Position numbers and translations under genes: made by a program. Below, in pieces: positions 24,674 to 38,743 of a DNA stretch of 64,000 bases. Location of the stretch: the NCBI GenBank assembly GCA_951406725.2, contig OX597816.1, forward strand, positions 64,170,001 to 64,234,000. The letters are read 5' to 3'. Every line of letters starts with the position of its first letter. The stretch's first letter is position 1. This stretch comes from Octopus vulgaris. Lineage: Eukaryota. The notes below the pieces were generated by a model that was not told where the DNA came from, did no database searches, and saw only the letters and a list, made by a program, of their open reading frames with translations.

Positions 24674-25434
24674 ATATATATATATATATATATATATAAT
24701 ATCGCTCTTCCAGTTATAAGAGTTTTAGATATATACATTGCTTGATATCTTTCATTATATAGTTAATTTCAATTCCTTCCAGTTATATCCCCTTCTCGAT
24801 GAGAGTCGTTAATGATTACAGCTAGATTTTGATTTCTGCGTAAAGAATATAAGAAAGCAACGTTTTTATTTTACAGCGAAATGCCATTTAGATTAATGAC
24901 TAAAAATCATGCCACCGGCGCCTTTCAGGTCTTTCGTTTGTCACATTTTATTATAATCATGCAAATTAATATTATTGAAATACATATGTAATTTTTTTTC
25001 CTTTTTCTATAATTAAAAGACGTCTACATGCTGGTCTACAAATCTAGTTAGCTATTATGCTAATGCGATCAAATTGACCAAAACATAGAACTTAATTTTC
25101 TCCCTTAAATGAAGGAAATACATTTCGTAGTTAAAGTTAACGAAGTTATTTTCAATTTCGAAAGGTTATCTCCTCTTCTGAAAATTAGTAACGAAAGTAA
25201 AGGAAAATTTCAATAAATTACGATTTTATTGCATACGGAATTAAGTGATTATTTCATAGTCATGTGCTGATATTACCAATTATCTTTCTAAGTGCCATAG
25301 TGTTTCCTTTGCAAAACTGATATAATCGGGTCTTTTAAAATAAACTAGTCTTACTTTGTTTGTATCATTGAGATATTCCATATTCAAAGCCTTGTGAGTG
25401 GATTTGGTAGACGAAACATGAAAGAAGCTCGTCG

Positions 25435-25483
<49 letters not shown>

Positions 25484-25559
25484 CATATATATATATATAC
25501 ATACATATATAAACCTATGTATTTATATATATATGTCCATGTATATGTATATATACATC

Positions 25560-25616
<57 letters not shown>

Positions 25617-26601
25617 TTCTATGTATATATGTATATGTAAGTATGCATATATACATACGTGTGTGTGATATGTGTGTGTGCACGCGCATGTTTTCAGGAC
25701 GCATACAATATTTAATATCAACAATATAAAAACGAAACTGATTTGAGAGATATCATATTACATAACCATAGAATCCTTATTTTACAATTTATAGCCTGAG
25801 AGCGATTTACTCAACTCTCATATTCTGATAGCATTATGGATATTGAAGAAATTTTAGATTCAGTTGCAAATTTGTTTTTCTGATCGCTGACACACATAAC
25901 TTCATAAGTTTTGAAGGCAGAATAAACGTGACGTAAATACTGAATTTGTAAACGCTGGTTTGTCTCTTTGTTGCCGTTCTTTTACTGTATTCACCTGAGA
26001 AATGTTTCACGCTCATCTAAAAGATGTTTGTGGATTAACCACAAGCGTGAGATGGTTCGCAGATGTGAAGCCCCCAAGCAAAGCATAACTACCACTCGTA
26101 TGTAGAACTTCGTAAATATATACCCTGTTTTCACTTCATTTAATTCTCTATATAGTCTCCAGCATGTATAGATATTCTCTACGATTTTCTACCATTGACC
26201 AGAGAAACATGAAGGATTTGAATGTTGGCGGGAGAGTTGGCAGCATTAGTATTGGACTAGTAGTAACATTACCTAGACTACAGGGCAGGAACAATAATGA
26301 AAGTGGCTTGCTTGAGGAGACAGCGCACGACTCGGATCAGTAACACAACCTACAGAAGTGTGATCGTGAATCCAACACTCCAACCGTAATGACACTCTCC
26401 TTGACATCTACTGGAAAATCCATCTCACCGGCTAAACAAAGACTCAAGAGGGATTTCAATATGTAGCAACAGGTGACTCTAAATATAGCCAGCTGGAGCA
26501 TTTTGGAGCTTATGTCAGCAGGAGCGTATTTAGACTGGAGCGGCATTAATGATAAATAAACTAAACAAGATCATTCATAACAATAGTGATGGCGGCAATA
26601 A

Positions 26602-26644
<43 letters not shown>

Positions 26645-26646
26645 TC

Positions 26647-26703
<57 letters not shown>

Positions 26704-26711
26704 TATCATGT

Positions 26712-27197
26712 ACATTGTTTTGTCTTGGTATAAAAGATGGGCTACAGCAAATATTCTGCTCAATACCACAGATTTGCTTGTCAGTTGTTTGACCTTAATC
26801 AGTTGAACATGTCCCTTAGTGGCTGACGATATGTGCATCTCTGATTACGAGCAGAAGTAGTGGGGGAGCATCATAGCCATGTGTCAAGAGGGATTCTTTG
26901 GGGTTTGAATAATTCACCTCTGGAAACATGGGTGGTTCTTTCAACATCCTAAAACAACCCTTATTCAGGGACCTTTTGAGCGGGATGGGCTACTCAACCT
27001 GAAGAAAATTCTAACTGGGCCCCACCTGCAAGGTCATGTGCTGTTTATCTTGATATGAGATCACCATGTCGCGCACATATGGTTGTGATGCATGTGCCTG
27101 GTGTACCTTTATCAGACGGGTAGTCATGATGGGTATATTGGGCTTCGTATATTTTACCCCAGTGTCACTTTGATGGCATGCACTGCTCTCTCACTCA
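26712..27197 (+). mobile_element. Unclassified interspersed element between (AAT)n tracts, ending in (AAT)n
   Basis: A ~490-bp island of higher GC bounded by (AAT)n at 26597-26703 and 27197-27220. No recognisable ORF. Confidence 0.5.
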
Positions 27198-27233
27198 ATA
27201 ATAATAATAATAATAATAACAACAGCAATAATA

Positions 27234-27600
27234 AAATGTTTTCTAATTGATGTATCAATACCAGCAGATGAAAACGTTTCTCTAACAGAAATGGAGAAAC
27301 TTTCAAAATACAAAGACCTGGAAATAGAGGTAACTCGAATGTGGAATCTAAAAACAGAAACAATTTCTATCATAGTAGGCGTATTACCTATGATAAAAAA
27401 ACATTCAGATAAATATATGACAAAAACATAGGACTTACAAATATGTATATAACGTGCAGAAAATAACACTGCACACATGCTAAACGAAACACTTTCAATA
27501 CAGTAAACATAAGAGCATCACAACAAACCACAGCACATACCCGAGGCACACAGAGCAGTGCTCGGTAGTGAAGTGAAAGCACGCTATAAAAATAAAGCTA

Positions 27601-27603
<3 letters not shown>
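27234..27603 (+). mobile_element. R4/Dong-type LINE 3' end (RLE domain + 3' UTR) in (AAT)n
   Basis: KCFLIDVSIPADENVSLTEMEKLSKYKDLEIEVTRMWNLKTETISIIVGVL, an RLE motif. The 3' end runs into (AAT)n. A second 3' UTR copy lies at 38524-38643 (-). Confidence 0.85.
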
Positions 27604-27633
<30 letters not shown>

Positions 27634-27656
27634 TCTCTTTTCCTCTTTTTTTTCTT

Positions 27657-28039
27657 TTTACTTGTTTCAGTCATTTGACCGCGGCCATGCTGGAGCACCG
27701 CCTTTAGTAGAGCAAATCGACCCCAGGACTTATTCTTTGGAAGCTTAGTACTTATTCTATCGTATCTTTTGCCAAACTGCTAAGTTAGGGGGACGTAAAC
27801 AAACCAGCATCGGTTGTGAAGCGATGTTGGGGGGAAAAACACAGACACACAAACACACACATATATATACATATATACGACGGGCTTCTTTCAGTTTCCG
27901 TCTACCAAATCCACTCACAAGACTTTGCTGGGCTGAGGCTATAGTAGAAGACACTTGCCCAAGGTGCCACGCAGTGGGACTGAACCCAGAAGCCTGTGTC
28001 TGGTAAGCAAGCTACTTATCACAAAGCCACTCCTGCGCC
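27657..28039 (-). mobile_element. SINE family A, full-length
   Basis: Reverse complement of the 48854-49296 copy, including head, internal microsatellite and tail. Confidence 0.85.
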
Positions 28040-28170
<131 letters not shown>

Positions 28171-28788
28171 TAACAACAACAAAAACAACAAGGATATGAA
28201 GAAAAAGATCAAGAACAACTTTAAAAAATCAAAGTAATATTCATAAAGGTAAGTGAAATATATATCCTAGTACTGGATATTCCCTTGCTGTACAATTTAC
28301 TATATTATGAAACTGGCGATGTTCTTTGTTTCATGAAAATGCTGCATAGACTTGCACGAATTCTATCCTTGCTCACACTTCTCCATCATATAATCTTCTA
28401 CCAAACATATTTATATAAATAGATTTGAATACATTTTATTCGTATGTAAGCAATTTCTATTCACTGACCTACAGCACTTTATTTCTTACTCGTTAAAATA
28501 ATAGTTTGCGGCGTTACAAATTATTGAAACCATAATCAAATTTTTGCGTTTTCTTTCCTTGTTTTAGTTTGCAAACATCATGAATTATTGGAGGATTTAA
28601 AATCTATTTCAGTCTATTTTAAATCTTTAGAAAAATAGTTTTGCAATTTTCTAGAGTTTGGATTTAAAGAATGTTACAGAAATATTAAACAGTGGAGCAA
28701 ATCCAAAATTATACGTCCATTATTTTATAGCTATTCGTTTCCTTTACACCCATCTTTATTTGTGCATATATACATACGTATGTATGTA

Positions 28789-28839
<51 letters not shown>

Positions 28840-28861
28840 AGAGAGAGAGAGATAGATAGAG

Positions 28862-28926
<65 letters not shown>

Positions 28927-28954
28927 TAGATATATATATAGATATATATATATA

Positions 28955-29163
28955 AAGTTACTCCAAACATGAAAACACAAAAGAGAAAACACAACAACGC
29001 AAGGACGTGGAACAACTATAGTATTATTGGACGTTCAGGAAGGAAGGGAAGAAGGAGTGTTTAACGTTTCGAGCAGAGCTCTTCGTCAGAAGCGCAGGAA
29101 AAGAAAAGATCCAGAGAAGGGAAGACGGAGGGAAAAAAATCGCCAACGGTACACACGCGGTCA
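28955..29163 (-). mobile_element. Second copy of the ~200-bp hammerhead element
   Basis: Reverse complement homolog of 3414-3613. Confidence 0.7.
29059..29093 (-). ncRNA. Minimal type I hammerhead ribozyme
   Basis: Minus strand gctt-CTGACGA-a gagc tct gctc-GAAA-cg-TT-aaac. Confidence 0.65.
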
Positions 29164-29265
29164 CATATACATAGACAGGTGTGTTTTCATGCACACATAC
29201 ATGTATAAATAAAGAGAGCGCGGGTGTCGGACGGAAAAAGAGAGAAGACAGAAATAAATAAATAA

Positions 29266-29296
<31 letters not shown>

Positions 29297-29297
29297 C

Positions 29298-29411
<114 letters not shown>

Positions 29412-29584
29412 GTGTGATAAAAGATATGTGTGTGTATGCGTATATATATGTAAGTGTTTATGTATGCATTCTGTATTCTTTCACTAGTTTCAGTCATTAT
29501 AATGCAGCCTTTGTAAACTAGGCCTTTAGAATGTTATTGCATATTAATAGCTGAGTCTGGTTCTTAAATATTCAATCTGCTTTT

Positions 29585-30040
29585 ATCAAGGATCTCCATA
29601 AAGAGATAGGAAGTTCCAATACTTAAACAATATCATTATATCCATAACCCAACCCTGAGCTCATATTCATAAATATTTTCCTCCAATATTTTTGAACACA
29701 TATGATGCACAGGCTTCTATTTCCAGTCTCCTCCTCATGGTAGGCTTCTTCATTGGAATTATCTCTTTCTCCACCGCCTCCATTTACATCGCTTTTATTC
29801 ATAATTCTCATTATCGCACCTCGTCTATTCTGCTATCTGTCATCCAATTATGTATATCGCAGACAAGTTTGCCATCGCATTTATAGATGTGTTCCAACAT
29901 TTTTCATCCTGGCCTCTTTATAAAGTTTTCATTTTGTCTAACATCAACTATCTCACTGTCACATGGTTCTACTAAATAATTTCTATATTTTACTTAAAGG
30001 TCTCTCTTCAAAAGCTGAAAATTTGTGCGAAATGTAGAAC
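29585..30040 (-). pseudogene. Highly decayed LINE RT fragment (possibly RTE)
   Basis: Weak remnants FSAFEERPLSKI* (DFxxAFD.V-like), LDKMKTL* and SLYGDP. Many disruptions. Confidence 0.3.
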
Positions 30041-30544
30041 TACTCAACCTAGTTCGATGTATATAAATTCAAGTTTTATTTTAGGAAGTGTATATAATTG
30101 TTCTCCGTGTCAAGAGAGATTGGAATATTTTGCCTACTGTGAAGCAGGCCAGGCATAGTGTCTCCTATAACTTAATAACTTTTGAATTATTAATTACATG
30201 ATGGTGAAATTCTTACAATGAAGTGTTTATGGAATGTAATAGGCGGATACTAATACGCCAGGTGATTTAAATTATGTTGCCACTTGGTGATGAATACAAG
30301 AACAATAGAAGAAATGCATCCAACAGCGTTTAGTTTAACGAAAGAGTAGAGTAGGACAGTGAAGAAGAATATAAATTAGTTAAAATCTAATCAACCACTT
30401 ATAGCAAAGAAGGTGAAATACTAAAGCTCACTGATATCCTAAATGATTTGGAGAATAATTTACAGCTAATGGGTTGCTCTATTTATTGTGGAAAGAATTA
30501 TGAAAAGATTAACATATAAACGTTTCATGTATCTTTTGAAATTC

Positions 30545-30738
30545 TTTTACTTGTTTCAGTTGTTTGATTGTGGCCATGCTGGGGAACCGCCTTGAAGGAC
30601 TTAGCTTTTATAGCCTAGTACTTATTCTACAGGTCTCTTTGACCGAACCTCTAGGTTATGGGGACGTAAATACACTGACACCTGTTGTCAAGTGGTTATG
30701 GGGGTGACAAATACAAACATGGAAACACACACACATAG

Positions 30739-30834
<96 letters not shown>

Positions 30835-31005
30835 TATGTGTATACGACTGGTTTCTTTCAGTTTCCGTCTACCAAATCTACTCATAAAGCTTTAGTCAGC
30901 CTGAGGCTATAGTACAAGACAGCTGTCCAGGCTGCCTCACAGTAGGACTGAACCCGGAACCATGTGGTTGGGAAGTAAACCTCCTATCGCTCAGTCTCGC
31001 CTGCA
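30545..31005 (-). mobile_element. SINE family A, full-length diverged
   Basis: Tail tttacttgtttcagt..ggccatgctgg, internal TA/TG microsatellite, head ggactgaacccggaaccatgtggttg. Confidence 0.8.
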
Positions 31006-31103
31006 CTTACACATACATTGAAATATGAATTATAAGCAGCTCGAGATATTTAAGTATTCAGTTTTCGTTGTTTATATATATATATATATGCATATATACA
31101 TAT

Positions 31104-31160
31104 GAGCTGATGAAGGAAATGTTGGTGTTTATTCCACTAATCCAGAAACAGACTGTCCTC
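31104..31160 (+). ncRNA. Type I hammerhead ribozyme at the 5' end of a PLE-type fragment (31104-31335) in (TA)n
   Basis: gag-CTGATGA-agga..tcca-GAAA-cagactg-TC-ctc, with a canonical GUC site at 31155-31157. Confidence 0.75.
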
Positions 31161-31349
31161 GGGTATCTTATATGGATATGATCTTTCGTTGTTTTTCCCT
31201 TATACCTATATGAGTTATTTCTGAGTATGCATTGTCTGGGAGACTTTTTCTTGCAGTAGAAGAAATAGCCAAATTTTTGGCTTCTATTTCTAAAATGCTC
31301 GGTGTGTGGTAAAGTAAATTATTTTACTTTAGCCTATTTTTATAAAGTA

Positions 31350-31412
<63 letters not shown>

Positions 31413-31417
31413 GTATG

Positions 31418-31449
<32 letters not shown>

Positions 31450-31483
31450 TGTATGTATGTATGTATGTATGTATGTATATATG

Positions 31484-31514
<31 letters not shown>

Positions 31515-31517
31515 ATA

Positions 31518-31580
<63 letters not shown>

Positions 31581-31581
31581 A

Positions 31582-31734
31582 TGTGTGGTAAGTAGCTTGC
31601 TTACCAACCACATGGTTCTGGGTTCATTCCCACTGCGTGGCACCTTGGGAAAGTGTCTTCGGCTATAGCCACGGGCCGACCAAAGCCTTTTGAGTGGGTG
31701 GATTTGGTAGACAGAAACTGAAAGAAAAATGTCG

Positions 31735-31735
<1 letters not shown>
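31582..31735 (+). mobile_element. SINE family A, 5' part
   Basis: tgtgtggtaagtagcttgcttaccaaccacatggttctgggttcattcccactgcgtggcaccttggg. Confidence 0.8.
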
Positions 31736-31779
<44 letters not shown>

Positions 31780-31932
31780 CCCAACCAATTTCATGTCATC
31801 CATAACCTGATGTTTCAATGATGGGCCTTTCTTCTCACATCAGTAACCCATCTTAACTTTCCTAAGGGTGCAAGATGGAGAACGATGAAGTTAGTGAAAG
31901 AGAGACAAAATAGGTCGAGTAAAAGTCAGTAA

Positions 31933-31982
<50 letters not shown>

Positions 31983-34807
31983 CAGACATACAGAGACAGA
32001 CAGACAGACTAATATGGGGTGCAGGAGTATAGCGTGGAATTGGTAGTGAAGAAGACAGATCGAGAATAAAATAGTGTGTATGTGTGTGTGAGAGGCAGAA
32101 AGGGAGAGAGAGAGAGAACGAAGGAGAAGGTAGATTCCAAATTTGACCGAAAGAAATATAATATGAATCACATTGAGAGGAAACAGTTCAATTACGATGA
32201 GACACGACTGTGTACATTAGAAATTAAAATTCGAGATATTGTCGAAGAACATATACAAGCCGGCAACCCTCTCACAAATCTATCCCTCCATATCTCAATT
32301 TAATATTGACACTAATGCCTTTCTTTCCTGTGCCCCTTCTCGACCCACCCCCGAATCGTCTAATATGCCAACCTCTGAACAAACTATGAATCTGAACAAA
32401 CTATGAATCTTTTCCTCTAGACTTATTTATACTATTTAATCGCCTTGCCTAAAGTCAACTCTCTTTCTCTCTCAACTTTTCTTCTCCAGAGAGAAGGACC
32501 TTTTAGGACCTGTAGTCTTGCATCTTTCAATGTCGTCTCTCTCTCTCTCTCTCTTTCGTTCTCTCGTACACTTTCTCTCTTCGTTCTCTCTCTCTTTCTT
32601 TCTTTCCTCCTTTCTTTCTTTCTTTCGCTCCTCCCTTCCCTCCCTCCCCATCTCTCTGGTACCTCGGCCACGAATATGTACCCAGTACACTTAGCAAACC
32701 AGTTGGCATTACTAAGGAAATAGTATATAGCCATCTGCCCCGTTCCCTGCATTCTCAAGCGCATTTATCCATATAGACAGGACTCAGGTCCGATTCAGGT
32801 TTTCTCGCTTTTGTCAACCAAGTGAAGTGTTTTGTTCAAGAAAACCAACGCATCGCTCGCCCCAGGAATCAAAACCGCAATCTTACGATTATGAGTTTAA
32901 CACCTTAACCATTAAGTCACATGCCTCTGAAACAGTATACATATACACAGCTTTTTACCCTTGCGAACATGTATGCACACACTTATAAAAATGGATGTGT
33001 TGTCTATTACTTACACAATATGCCTGTTGAAAGTAAGCAGCAGTAAATAGAACAGGAAAAAATAACTGAGTCACTAGACGATCATTGTTTTCCATATTTC
33101 TGGAAAAATATATTTGCATATATTCATTGGGTGACCTTAAAGTGTAATAAAGCGTATGCCACAGAATTACTTTTACAATAGATGCGAAATGAAGAGTACG
33201 CAATCAAAATATGGATTTAGCAATTCATATTTCTGAAATTCCCACGACACGACACGAAAAACTTTGATGTGTCAGAAAAAGTATCTAAATTTATTCAACA
33301 GTACATAAGTAAGAAACAAAAATCAATGCAATAGCACGAGCTTGGATAGAAAAGACTATAAAATATTTTAAAATCGTTTTTGCATTTGATGTTAAAACAA
33401 GAAATTTGTAGTAACTCATGACAGTTTTAACAGTGTATTTATCATTGTAAATTCTTGGTGAAAATGTCATAAAGAAATAGAAATGAAAGTAACACATAAA
33501 GAAGCATACATAAATCAATGCTGAAACACGTTCAACAACAGAATCCTGCATTAAAATATGAAGCAAGAAGACTAGCTACAAAATAATAAAAATAAGCACC
33601 ATATACGCAAAATCGATTATTGCCCGAAATGTAGTTAACCCAAGAGTATATATGGATTTATGGAATATAAATTATCAGATATCGAGTGATTCAAAGAAAG
33701 TGAAAACAAAGATATGTGCAGATCCATTCTAGTTTACAACATGGATAACTATTTCTAAAAGCTCTCAGAAGGTATGTAATTCAGCAAATACTTAGTACAT
33801 ATGGTATAGGATCAACTGAAAAGACCATGCAAGCCAGAAGATTTCTCGGAGAGGATTATCAGGAAGGATAAAGTGGATAAAGTGTAGCAGGTGACATTGT
33901 CTCCTCCAAATTAATATCGATGTCAATGAGTTCCAATCCATCGATATCACAGTTTACTGATAGCTCCATGTTTTAAACGTCGATGACACCTTTATGGGTT
34001 CGTATAACACAGGGGTACTTCAAAGGTGACATAACAGAAAATGAAGCGGAATATCTCAAGTTAGATATCGTAAATTTAGCATTAGCAATGTAATGAAAGA
34101 AAGACCCGAAAATACCAATGAACATCACTGTATATAGAAAGAGAAATGTCAGTCTCCACCCAAAGTGTTAGTTCCAAGTGAAATTTAGATACGACATTAT
34201 GTTAGTTATTGATCTATGGCTACCAGAGTTGTGTCCGAAACTAGGAGATAGCCATACCCATGCTGCTTTCAGTCAGGACTTTCTCTATCCCACTATCAGC
34301 ACCCACATTGAGTCCATCAACCCTTCCCTACAATGAACCTTTGAACATTACTACCCTCACAGTGTGTCGGGTCTCTACAATTTCATTTATGCAAATTCAT
34401 ACTGAAGCCCTGCAAGCATACAGTTGATGAAGAAAACGCTAGTGACGTCGATCACACTAGTTCCGGATGGAGCGGGGGTGCTCTGTAACTGCCGCTGTTT
34501 TAGCCCCTTCCTTCAGACAAACAAATTAACGTAAAGGAATAGGTACTTTAGCAAATCAGGACCCCTGATTTCAAATATAAGATGCTATAAGTAATCTATT
34601 ACATTATAAACAATTAAGTAATTGAAGGTAAAAGAAACGTTCCTCCTAAAATACATCGAAAAAGAAAAGAATATTTGTTCCTAAATTTAGTATGACATCT
34701 CTTTGAAAACATATGTATTTGCCCGCGCATCAAGGAATCAAGAAATTGAAATGCCAAAAATTCAAGAAATCTACGCAAAACACTTCATCTGTATGTACAT
34801 ATGCATG

Positions 34808-34820
34808 TCTATCTATCTAC

Positions 34821-34898
<78 letters not shown>

Positions 34899-34947
34899 GT
34901 CTGTCTATCTGTCTGCCTGTCTGTCTGTCTGTCTGTCTGTCTATTTG

Positions 34948-35043
<96 letters not shown>
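34808..35043. repeat. (TATC)n/(TGTC)n microsatellite
   Basis: Directly visible. Similar tracts at 20150-20230, 29265-29410, 36970-37090 and 45177-45280. Confidence 0.97.
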
Positions 35044-35044
<1 letters not shown>

Positions 35045-35054
35045 GTAATAAAAC

Positions 35055-35440
35055 TGGCTTATTCGCAATTTACAACCAAAGGGCTGAACTATAGACGTCA
35101 CTAAAGTGTCTAGGAGTTGTAGTTAGCACTATCATTGCTAAAAATAAGAGTGAAAACAACTCTTAGCCAGGAGCATTCAGTACATAGCCAGATCACCGGT
35201 GATTTCGCATTTGATTAATGCTCGTCAGTGGTTCTTACCCGGCTGCCTAGGGTTAAGCTGATTCACCTTGTTAGTTTATAAGAGTTACTGTAGAAATCGT
35301 AAATGGTAAAAGTGAAACTTATAAATATTAAATGTGGCTTATTCCCAATTTACAACTGAAAAGCAGAAATATAGACGACATTGAAGTTAATAAAGGTACT
35401 AGTTAACATTCAGCAATGTTAGAAATAAGAGTCAAAACAA
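35055..35440. repeat. Diverged ~105-bp direct repeat (~35055-35160 and ~35335-35440)
   Basis: tggcttattc(g/c)caatttacaac..tatagacg..tagtta.ca..aaataagagt.aaaacaa occurs in both. Confidence 0.7.
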
Positions 35441-36991
35441 TTCAATCTATCGCTTAGGCATAGCAATAATAGCCATTTGGAGTTAGAACGCAATATACAT
35501 ATACTTCAGAACAAAGCGGTAGTCGAGTTGTGGGCAGTAAAAAAAATCATACTGCTCCTGAAGCCGTTGCTAGTTTGGTAAAAATAGGCTTTGCTAGCAC
35601 AGTTCTTGATTTCAGTTTGCGACGCTACTAAATATCGATTCAGTGGAACTAATTCTAATATGCTATGCCCTTCGATAGGCATATTAGATTACGGAGACAC
35701 ACATAAATATACGCTCATGCACTCTTGTACACACATACATACGTGCCACTGTGTATGTGTATCTACGTATACGTATAAAATATCTGAAAAGTTTTTTAAA
35801 ATTATTTTATTTGACATATTAGGATATTATTTCTGAGAAATCTGAAAAACAAAAATAGCGAAACCAAAGAATTCGATGTAATGCAGCACTACTCAGACAA
35901 ATAAATAAAACTCTAAGCTTGTTGACAATATATTGAATTTAGTGTAAAATTTTACGTAAAATAACATATCTTGAAGAGCATTACTGACATTTTGGTTTCA
36001 TTTTTTTTTTTAAGAAAAGGAGATAGTTTTAAATAATATAATATACCAATTATATTAATGTCAAATTTGTATATTTCCTTTATCTTGTTCAGATTGCTGA
36101 TAGTTATAAATAATGTAATATTCCAATTATACTAATGTCAAATTTCATTACGGCGATATACGTTCACTGAAATATTTTAAAGTCAAGTAAAACTTTTACC
36201 TCAACGAAAGTTTCATATTTTTCTTTTAACATTTTCTTCTTTTTAGTTTTGTTTCTTGTAAAGAAAATATAAAACATATCTTTCCAGAACATTAAATTAC
36301 GCAAGCTTGTTATATCATTATAATTACCTAAACGCACTCTATGTCATATTGAAAAAAGAAGACGGTTATATGTTTTGTTTTCTGTTTTTTAATTTCTTTT
36401 TATCTCAGTCACATCTCTCTCTCTCTCTCTTCTGTTATTTAACTAGAAGCAAAGTCTTAATGGAATGTTACTTGGTAAATTCTTTTCTCATACAGATGGC
36501 ATTTAGTGCATATCCATCACTATGGTGCTTATATTAAGATATCTTTTAGAATCGAATATAATTTAAGTATTCTTCTGAAGAATAATCTTGATACTTTTGT
36601 ATTAAAATTTGTTAACATAAAACATATTTATTTTATAAATCAAGTCTCAAGTATTTTTAAAAATATTATGCATATACCAAACTCCCAATTTTGTATGATT
36701 CGCAGGATTAATCTTATTTGAGCTAAGAATTGTCTATAATTGCTTTAAACTACTTGAAGTTAACGATTCTGCTTATGTTTATTATACTTATTTGTTGTAT
36801 ACATAACATGAAGAAGGACAAAATAAGGTTTTACTGCAATCTTTAATTTAAAATGCTTAACCTGATGCTAATAGATATTTGTTTACTGTCTACTGTCTAC
36901 ACACACACACACGCACACACACACACACACTCACACCTACACATACACACATGTACACACGTACACACAGATAAATAGATAGATAGGTAGG

Positions 36992-37087
<96 letters not shown>

Positions 37088-37214
37088 TAGATATACATAC
37101 ATACATACATACATACATACATACATACATACATACATACATACATACATACATACATACATACATACATGTTAAGGGTAGTGGAGATGGTAGCAAAGCA
37201 ACATAATGTTTTAG

Positions 37215-38345
37215 ACTCTGTATCTCAATATTAACAGTGACTTCTGCGTTTAGAAATCCTCTGCCACTTCCCTTTCTCGATTGATAGAGTGAGTTGGTAT
37301 TGCTGTTTTGGGTGGTGTGTGTTCTGCATTAAGTTCTGCAGCTCGACATTTGTCCATTTCTGAAAGGGAGCAGAGCACTTCAATACAGCATGGATTTAAT
37401 GGTGTTCCCACTATTTAATTATGTTTTGATGACCTTTCTAAATCTCGTCTATTATTCTTTAGTGACTTTTCATTCCTCCTTCCATTAGCCTATCACCTTG
37501 CAGCACTCCTGAATATATCTGCCTTTCATTATTCCACAGCGATTTAATGATGTTGCCTTGGCTTTTCTTCATAATTAGTACTGCTCAAATGTTTACCCAA
37601 AAATACATTACTATATCTATACTGAATTTTTTCGCTGTTTGGCTCAAAGTGTCTAGATTTGTCTCATTTTTTTTCATATATACAGCTCGAGGTCATCTGT
37701 ATAAAATAGGATATTATTTTTTCGTGTATGATTTAGTAAACTCCGGTCCTGTCTAGAATTTAGCAAATGCCGGTCCTCTATTTTTTCTCAGTATACTTGT
37801 CAGAGCTATTGGTGCAATGCCTTGGAGTCATAGAGATGGTGTGTCTCCCTGGAATGTCCTCTTGCATATTTTGACGTTGCCTAGCGATTCGTTGGCACAT
37901 GTCAATTCGACATCCTACAATCTCATTGCTTTCTCCAAAAAGTTGTTTATCACTTACTGACTGCAGTCGTCCTCAGGTACTCCAAAAACCAGCAGTGTGA
38001 GAACTGGTAGAAAACCTGCAGTTCCCCACTGATTTCTTCCTACATTTTTTTTTTTTGCCTCTGTCAGTAGATTCTCCTTTTACAGAAGATTATATACTTC
38101 CTCTCCTGTGAGGTCAGTTAATAATTTCCAGAGTAACAGTAAGCAGTGTAATAAGTATATAATTGCCGGCCTCCCTTCTCTTTCTTTGCCCTTCTGTATC
38201 AGTACTGTCCTTCCTATTTGTCATCCATGTTGACGTGCCACTTTTGCCACGCAGTCAGTAAAAACATGGTCTTATATAACTATGTCTACTTGGGAGAATC
38301 TTCAGTTAGAAAAAAACTGGACACACTCAGGTGCAGGGTTTGGTA
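37215..38345 (-). pseudogene. R4/Dong-type LINE reverse transcriptase fragment
   Basis: Minus-strand motifs in order: GRTVLIQK..NY..IT..WKLLT; TFQGDTPSL; LFYTDDLELY; FSIDIVMYF; LNSGNTIK; WTNVELQNL; HHPK..SLYQSRKGSGRGF. Many stops and frameshifts. Confidence 0.8.
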
Positions 38346-38431
38346 TTTTCTTAAAATCTTTTAAATTTATTATTATTATTACTATTATTATCATTATTAT
38401 CATTCTTCTTTTTCTTCTTCTTCTTCTTCTT

Positions 38432-38523
<92 letters not shown>

Positions 38524-38527
<4 letters not shown>

Positions 38528-38643
38528 TATTTTTATTTTTATAACGTGCTTTCATTTCCCTACCGAGCGCAGCTCTGTGTGCCTTAGGTATGTGCTGTGA
38601 TTTGTTGTGATGCTCTGATGGTTACTGTATTGAAAGTGTTCTG
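38524..38643 (-). mobile_element. R4/Dong-type LINE 3' UTR between (ATT)n tracts
   Basis: Reverse complement homolog of ~27488-27605. Confidence 0.75.
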
Positions 38644-38661
38644 CTATTATTATTATTATTA

Positions 38662-38743
<82 letters not shown>

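Noticed and set aside
33600-34200. Possible decayed LINE RT on the plus strand
   Set aside because: Only vague KA..KV and VDDT echoes, so motif order and frame could not be established.
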